Below, piece by piece: positions 59,030-64,000 of a DNA stretch of 64,000 nucleotides; the stretch's first letter is position 1, and each line of letters begins with the position of its first letter. The notes under the pieces are model-generated. The model was not told the origin of the DNA. It did not search any database and saw only the letters and a list, made by a program, of their open reading frames with translations. Source of the stretch: Candidatus Latescibacterota bacterium (GTDB lineage Bacteria > Latescibacterota > UBA2968 > UBA8231); assembly GCA_965204725.1 (NCBI GenBank), contig OZ242005.1:3424001-3488000 (forward strand). Reading direction: 5' to 3'. A program made the translations under genes and the position numbers.

Positions 59030-59772
59030 TTGTTCCCCCAAGGCATGAGAAAAGACTTGAACCAATTGGTGGTGGTCTCGACCTTGGTGCGCTGGATGGC
59101 GGCGGCCGGGTCCACGTCCTTGGGACAGACCACTGAGCATTCACCGATAAAGGTGCATTCCCAGATCCCCTCACTACTAGCGGCAACGACCGTGCGCTGG
59201 GCGTAGCCTTCGTCGCGCGAGTCGAGGTTGTAGCGGTAGGCAAGCGCGAGGGCCGCTGGGCCGACGAAGACATCTTCTAGCCCATAGACAGGGCAAGCCG
59301 CATAGCACAGCAGGCAGTTGATGCACTGGCTAAACTGCTTGAACTCCTTTAGCTCTGCGGGCGACTGCAAATACTCGCCTTCGGCAACCGGCTTGTCTTC
59401 CTCGCGAATGATCCACGGCTGGACCGCCTTGAGCTTATCCATGAAATCGTCTATATCGACGACCAAATCGCGGATGATCGGAAAGTGGGCGAGGGGCTGG
59501 ACCACCAACTCATTCGGGTAGTAATCCTTGAGAAAGGCCGCGCAGGTCAACTTAGGCTCGCCGTTGACCATCATACCGCAAGAGCCGCACACGCCCATGC
59601 GACACGACCAGCGGTACGAGAGGGTGCCGTCAATATGGTCTTTGATGTAGTTGAGCGCGTCGAGGACGACCCAGTCCTCCTGATAGGGAACCTCGTAAAC
59701 CTGCTCGGTGGGGGCGTCCTCCTGTTCGGGTCGGAAGCGGGTCACTCGGATGCCAATGGTCTTGTCGCTCAT
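59026..59772 (-). CDS. frdB: Fumarate reductase/succinate dehydrogenase Fe-S subunit
   Basis: [35 protein letters not shown]. Confidence 0.93.
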   Translation of the reverse strand: MSDKTIGIRVTRFRPEQEDAPTEQVYEVPYQEDWVVLDALNYIKDHIDGTLSYRWSCRMGVCGSCGMMVNGEPKLTCAAFLKDYYPNELVVQPLAHFPIIRDLVVDIDDFMDKLKAVQPWIIREEDKPVAEGEYLQSPAELKEFKQFSQCINCLLCYAACPVYGLEDVFVGPAALALAYRYNLDSRDEGYAQRTVVAASSEGIWECTFIGECSVVCPKDVDPAAAIQRTKVETTTNWFKSFLMPWGNK

Positions 59773-59784
59773 AGCTCCTCTCCG

Positions 59785-61494
59785 TCAGTAGGTACGCTCT
59801 TGGGGCTGCCAGCGGGTAATGACGACATCTTGGTATTCAATGCGCGGCTCGCCATCGGTGCGAGACGCCAAGGAGTGGCAGAGGAAGTTTTCGTCATCGC
59901 GCTCCTCGTAGTCCGTGCGCGAATGCGAGCCACGCGACTCCCGACGCAAAAGCGCCGAGTGGGCCACGGCCTCGGCCACGTCGAGGAGCGAGCCCAGTTC
60001 CAAAGCAGTGGTTAGCTCGGTGTTGAAGACCGCTGAGCTGTCGTCAACCTTGACTCGAGTATAGCGTTCCTTGAGCTTGAGCAACTCGGCGCAGGTCGCC
60101 TCTAGGCTCTCCTGTTCGCGATAAATGCCCGCTCCTTGCTCCATCGCCTTTTGCAGATCCGTGCGAATGTCGGCAATTTTCTCGCGGCCTTCGTTTTTGA
60201 AAAACGCATTTTCAATCTGCTGCCACTCGTCGGCCGCCATCTTATCCAAGCTGCCGTCCGGCGGCATCTTGGCCTCCGCAGCATACTCGGCGGCATACCG
60301 GCCGGCCCGAGCGCCAAAGACCAATAGCTCAGACAGCGAGTTGGAACCGAGGCGATTGGCTCCGTTGATCGTGGCACAGGCTGTTTCCCCGGCCGCGTAC
60401 AAGCCCGGAATGGGCGTCGCCGTAGTAATGTCGGTGTGAATGCCGCCCATCATGTAGTGGACCACCGGGCGCACGGGCACCGGCTCATGCACGGGATCGA
60501 TGCCCACGTAGTTTTTGGTCAACTCGCGCACAAAGGGGATGCGCTCGTCGATTTTTTTTTCCCCCAAGTGCCGCAAATCAAGATGGACATAGGTCCCATA
60601 CTGGCCGGAAAAGACCCGACCGGCGCGCTCCTCGTGGACGAATGCCCGCGAAACCATGTCGCGCGGGCCTAACTCCATTTTGTCGGGCAGGTACTCACTG
60701 AGATAGCGGTCGCCCTTGTTGTTGATCAGATAGCCGCCCTCGCCGCGCGATGCCTCGGTCATCAGGATGCCCGTGCCCGGCAGCCCGGTGGGATGGTACT
60801 GCACAAATTCCATGTCCTTGAGTGGACAGCCCGCGCGGTAGGCCATGGACATGCCGTCGCCGGTCTTGATGGCGGCGTTGGTCGTAAAGGGAAAGATGCG
60901 CCCTCCGCCCCCCGTGCAGATGATTACGGCCTTGGCGGGAATCGCCTGCATGGCCCCTGAGCGCACGTTGATCGCTGTCACCCCGCAGGCCGCGCCGTTG
61001 TCGTCGAGCAGCAGCCGCGTCCCATACCACTCGTCGTAGCGATGGATGCGGTCGTACTGGAGCGAAGTCTGGAAAAGGGCGTGGAGCATGTGGAAGCCGG
61101 TCTTGTCGGCCGCGTACAGGGTGCGCTTGACCGACATGCCGCCGAAAGCGCGCACGCTGATTCGCCCATCGTCGTCGCGGCTCCAAGGGCAGCCCCAATG
61201 CTCCAACTGAATCAACTCGTCGCGGGCTTCCTCCACGAAGACCTCGACTACATCTTGGTCGGCGAGGAAGTCGCTGCCCTTAATGGTGTCGAAGGCATGG
61301 GAGTCGAAGCTGTCGTCGTCGCGCAGCACCGCCGCGGACCCGCCCTCGGCAGACACCGTGTGGCTGCGCATAGGGTACACTTTGGACACCAAGCCGACAC
61401 TGAGGTTTGGGTCGAGCTCGACGGCGGCAATCGCGGCCCGTAGCCCCGCGCCACCGCCGCCGATGATCAGGATGTCGTGTTTAGGTACGTTCAC
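59785..61494 (-). CDS. frdA: Fumarate reductase/succinate dehydrogenase flavoprotein
   Basis: [16 protein letters not shown] (covalent FAD His), [22 protein letters not shown]. Confidence 0.95.
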   Translation of the reverse strand: MNVPKHDILIIGGGGAGLRAAIAAVELDPNLSVGLVSKVYPMRSHTVSAEGGSAAVLRDDDSFDSHAFDTIKGSDFLADQDVVEVFVEEARDELIQLEHWGCPWSRDDDGRISVRAFGGMSVKRTLYAADKTGFHMLHALFQTSLQYDRIHRYDEWYGTRLLLDDNGAACGVTAINVRSGAMQAIPAKAVIICTGGGGRIFPFTTNAAIKTGDGMSMAYRAGCPLKDMEFVQYHPTGLPGTGILMTEASRGEGGYLINNKGDRYLSEYLPDKMELGPRDMVSRAFVHEERAGRVFSGQYGTYVHLDLRHLGEKKIDERIPFVRELTKNYVGIDPVHEPVPVRPVVHYMMGGIHTDITTATPIPGLYAAGETACATINGANRLGSNSLSELLVFGARAGRYAAEYAAEAKMPPDGSLDKMAADEWQQIENAFFKNEGREKIADIRTDLQKAMEQGAGIYREQESLEATCAELLKLKERYTRVKVDDSSAVFNTELTTALELGSLLDVAEAVAHSALLRRESRGSHSRTDYEERDDENFLCHSLASRTDGEPRIEYQDVVITRWQPQERTY

Positions 61495-61640
61495 GAGAAA
61501 AGCTGCTTGATAAATGGTGCGTTGCTTGGGAAAAGCAAAGTTAAATCATATCTCCGCTGGGAGCAATTGCCTAGGCGCGGCGAGAGTACGCCGGGGCATG
61601 CAGCGCCCGCAGCCGAGCCGCTTCGCTTTGCAAAGCGGTG

Positions 61641-62063
61641 CTATTCATAGCCGTATTTTCTAACGGCGTCTTCATCAAAGCCCATAAAGTGCGCCAACTC
61701 GTGTACCAAGGTGGTTTCCACCTCCCGCGCCAACTCGCCCCGGTCGGGGAAGTCCTCCTCCAAAGGCCCCTGATAGAGCGCGATTACCGGCGGCAGGTCG
61801 CCGCTGTCTTCGAGGCGGCGCTCGGGTAAGGGCGTGCCCGTGAAAAGCCCGTAGAGCACTTCCTCGCGGTCGCCAGTGACCTCTTCAACCAGCTCGGGGT
61901 CGGGCCAGTCCTCAACGACGATGGCTAGGTTGTCCAGCGCTGTGCGGAACTCTGCCGGCAGGAGTTGGAGGGCCTTTTCCACCAGTTGCTCAAACGCACG
62001 GCGGCGCACGGCAACGCTACCAATCGGCGACGCTGCCGTCGTTTTCGTAGCAGTATTCACCAC
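61641..62063 (-). CDS. Zincin-like metallopeptidase (DUF1025-like)
   Basis: LYGLF.G.PL, I.LYQ.PL, VHELAHFMG. Confidence 0.85.
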   Translation of the reverse strand: MVNTATKTTAASPIGSVAVRRRAFEQLVEKALQLLPAEFRTALDNLAIVVEDWPDPELVEEVTGDREEVLYGLFTGTPLPERRLEDSGDLPPVIALYQGPLEEDFPDRGELAREVETTLVHELAHFMGFDEDAVRKYGYE

Positions 62064-63156
62064 CCAGTTCCTCTGTGTACTCTATCGTCTTTTCCGCCTC
62101 GGACTCGATCAGGTCAAACCCCAACCCGGGCTGGGTCGGCAGCGCAATGTGGCCGTCAACCACCTGCCAAGGCGCGACGAGTAGCCCTTCGCCCAACCCC
62201 TCGTCAACCTGTTCCTGCACGAGGAAATTGGGCACCACTGCATCGACCTGCATACAGGCGGCAAAGGCCACCGGGCCGATGGCGCAGTGCGGCATGATGT
62301 GGATGTAATAGACCTCGGCCATATTGGCGATCTTTTTTAGCTCGGTGATCCCGCCGGCGTGCGAGCCATCGGGTTGAATGTAAGAGACGGCCTGCTTTTC
62401 AAAGATCTCTCGGAACTCCCAGCGCGAGAGCAAGCGTTCCCCGGTGGCAATGGGAAAGGGGACGTGATCGGAGACCTCCTTTAGCGCATCGACATTCTCT
62501 TGCGGGATCGGCTCTTCGACGAACATCGGCCGCATCCCCGCGAGCTGGCCACACACCTCAATCGCCAGCCCAGGCGTCATCTTGCCGTGGAAGTCGAAGC
62601 ACAGCTCTACTTGGTCGCCGACCCATTCGCGCATGGTGTACGCGTCTTTGACAAAGGCGTCGATGCGTGCGGGGGGCTCGTGGGCGCGCCACGTACCGCC
62701 CGGCCCGGTCTTAAAGGCCGTGTAGCCTTTGGCCAACAGCATGTCGAGCCGCGCCCGAGCGGCTGCCAGTGCCGCGTCGGTCTGGCCGTGGATCCCCCAG
62801 TGCGCGTACACGCGAATCCGGTCGCGCACCGCCCCGCCCAAGAGCATATAGGCGGGGACATTGTAGTACTTACCGGCGATGTCCCACAGCGCCTGATCAA
62901 TGCCCGACAGCGCGCTCATCAGCACGTTGCCGCCGCGAAAAAAGGCCGAGCGATAGACGTGCTGCCAGTGGTGCTCAATGCGGAGCGGGTCCTTGCCGAC
63001 GAAGTACTCGGCCAACTCTTCCACCGCGGCCCAAGTGCTTTTGGGCTTGCCCTCCAGCGTGGTCTCGCCCCAGCCGACTAGACCGTTGTCCGTAGTAATT
63101 TTGACCAAGCGCATGCGCCGGCGCGGGAAAAACTGTTCGATCTGGGCAATTTTCAC
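62017..63156 (-). CDS. dgoD: Galactonate dehydratase-like enolase-superfamily enzyme
   Basis: GWGE..LEG, FFRGG.VLMSALSGIDQALWDI, DFHG, FVEEP, IATGERL. Confidence 0.85.
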   Translation of the reverse strand: MKIAQIEQFFPRRRMRLVKITTDNGLVGWGETTLEGKPKSTWAAVEELAEYFVGKDPLRIEHHWQHVYRSAFFRGGNVLMSALSGIDQALWDIAGKYYNVPAYMLLGGAVRDRIRVYAHWGIHGQTDAALAAARARLDMLLAKGYTAFKTGPGGTWRAHEPPARIDAFVKDAYTMREWVGDQVELCFDFHGKMTPGLAIEVCGQLAGMRPMFVEEPIPQENVDALKEVSDHVPFPIATGERLLSRWEFREIFEKQAVSYIQPDGSHAGGITELKKIANMAEVYYIHIMPHCAIGPVAFAACMQVDAVVPNFLVQEQVDEGLGEGLLVAPWQVVDGHIALPTQPGLGFDLIESEAEKTIEYTEELGGEYCYENDGSVADW

Positions 63157-63171
63157 CGTCTAGTCCTTTCG

Positions 63172-64000
63172 CTAATGGGCCTCGCGCGTCACAACCGCAC
63201 TGGACTTGCCAACCAAAAAGTCGAAGTCAACTCCGGTGTCGGCCTGCATCACGTGGTTGATGTAGAGGCTGACGTAGCCTCGGGTATCGTGGGGTGCGGG
63301 GGGCTGCCAAGCCGCTCGGCGGCGCGCCAACTCGTCGCCCGACACGTCGAGGTGTAGCCGCCGGCTCGCCACATCGAGTTCGATCAGGTCGCCATCGCGC
63401 ACCAGCGCCAGCGAGCCGCCAATGGCCGCTTCGGGAGCCACATGCAAGATCACGGTGCCGTAGGCCGTGCCGCTCATGCGGCCATCGGAAATCCGCACCA
63501 TGTCCCGGACGCCCTTTTCGAGCAGCTTCTTGGGCAATCCCACATTGCCTACCTCGGCCATGCCCGGATAGCCAACCGGCCCGACGTTTTGCAAGACCAA
63601 TACGCTCGACTCATCCACGTCCAAATCGCGGCTGTCGATCCGTTGGTGATAGTCCTCAATCGTTTTGAAGACCACCGCTCGGCCGCGGTGCTGCATCAGC
63701 TCGGGCGAGGCGGCCGACGGCTTGATGATCGCCCCGTCCTCGCAGAGGTTGCCCCGGAGCACGGCCAAGCCCGCGGCCTGGATCAGGGGGTCGCTTAGCG
63801 GCGCAATCACGTCGCGCGTGTAGCAGACCGCCCCGGCGACATTCTCCCCGAGCGACTGGCCCGTCGCCGTCAAAGCACCCAGATGCAAAAAATCCTTCAA
63901 CTCCTGAATCACCACCGGCAAGCCACCGGCGTAATAGAAATCCTCCATCAGATACTGGCCGGCGGGCATCAAATTGACCAACAGCGGCAACTCGCTACCG
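63172..64000 (-). CDS. IlvD/Edd family (sugar-acid) dehydratase; 5' end lies beyond the window
   Basis: YLMEDFYYAGG, LRGNL, GPVGYPGMAE, RISDGRMSGTAYG, LHVAPEAA. Confidence 0.92.
   Translation of the reverse strand, partial: GSELPLLVNLMPAGQYLMEDFYYAGGLPVVIQELKDFLHLGALTATGQSLGENVAGAVCYTRDVIAPLSDPLIQAAGLAVLRGNLCEDGAIIKPSAASPELMQHRGRAVVFKTIEDYHQRIDSRDLDVDESSVLVLQNVGPVGYPGMAEVGNVGLPKKLLEKGVRDMVRISDGRMSGTAYGTVILHVAPEAAIGGSLALVRDGDLIELDVASRRLHLDVSGDELARRRAAWQPPAPHDTRGYVSLYINHVMQADTGVDFDFLVGKSSAVVTREAH

Noticed and set aside
58629-59273. 335-aa ORF suggesting a long FrdD
   Set aside because: The upstream part is an off-frame read through frdC and frdB; FrdD similarity starts at ATG 58628.

Overview
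Bacterial chromosome segment with a GC-rich backbone and several visibly AT-richer islands. The gene content (DUF6785-type membrane protein, FlgD-Ig-tailed secreted paralogues, C-terminal 'WGxIK' proteins, PhyH, LRR/TPR proteins) suggests a Latescibacterota-like organism; this is inference only. The backbone carries gltX, a DEAD-box helicase, topoisomerase IV parE/parC, uxuA, an M3 peptidase, a sigma-70 factor, arfB, rpsR, rpsU, a cold-shock gene, a CtaA-type heme A synthase, frdABCD and sugar-acid dehydratases. The best candidate for a new system is an AT-rich minus-strand island at about 25.0-32.7 kb that looks like an undescribed RiPP cluster. It encodes a GT-B glycosyltransferase/HTH-like/transglutaminase-like fusion, a GT2-TPR glycosyltransferase, a stand-alone membrane-anchored C39 peptidase, a 90-aa precursor with both a Sec-like N-terminus and a double-glycine leader, and CPBP and Yip1 membrane proteins, with no ABC exporter. 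The precursor gene sits inside a long-range 32-nt inverted repeat followed by a 15-bp hairpin. Other points of note are a duplicated promoter plus structured-RNA element (48.5 and 49.3 kb), a BanI-like endonuclease paired with an amino-methyltransferase, a Cys-free rpsR with a probable ATC start, and several pseudogene remnants. No tRNA, rRNA or CRISPR array was recognised. All family assignments come from motif recognition by eye, not from database searches.
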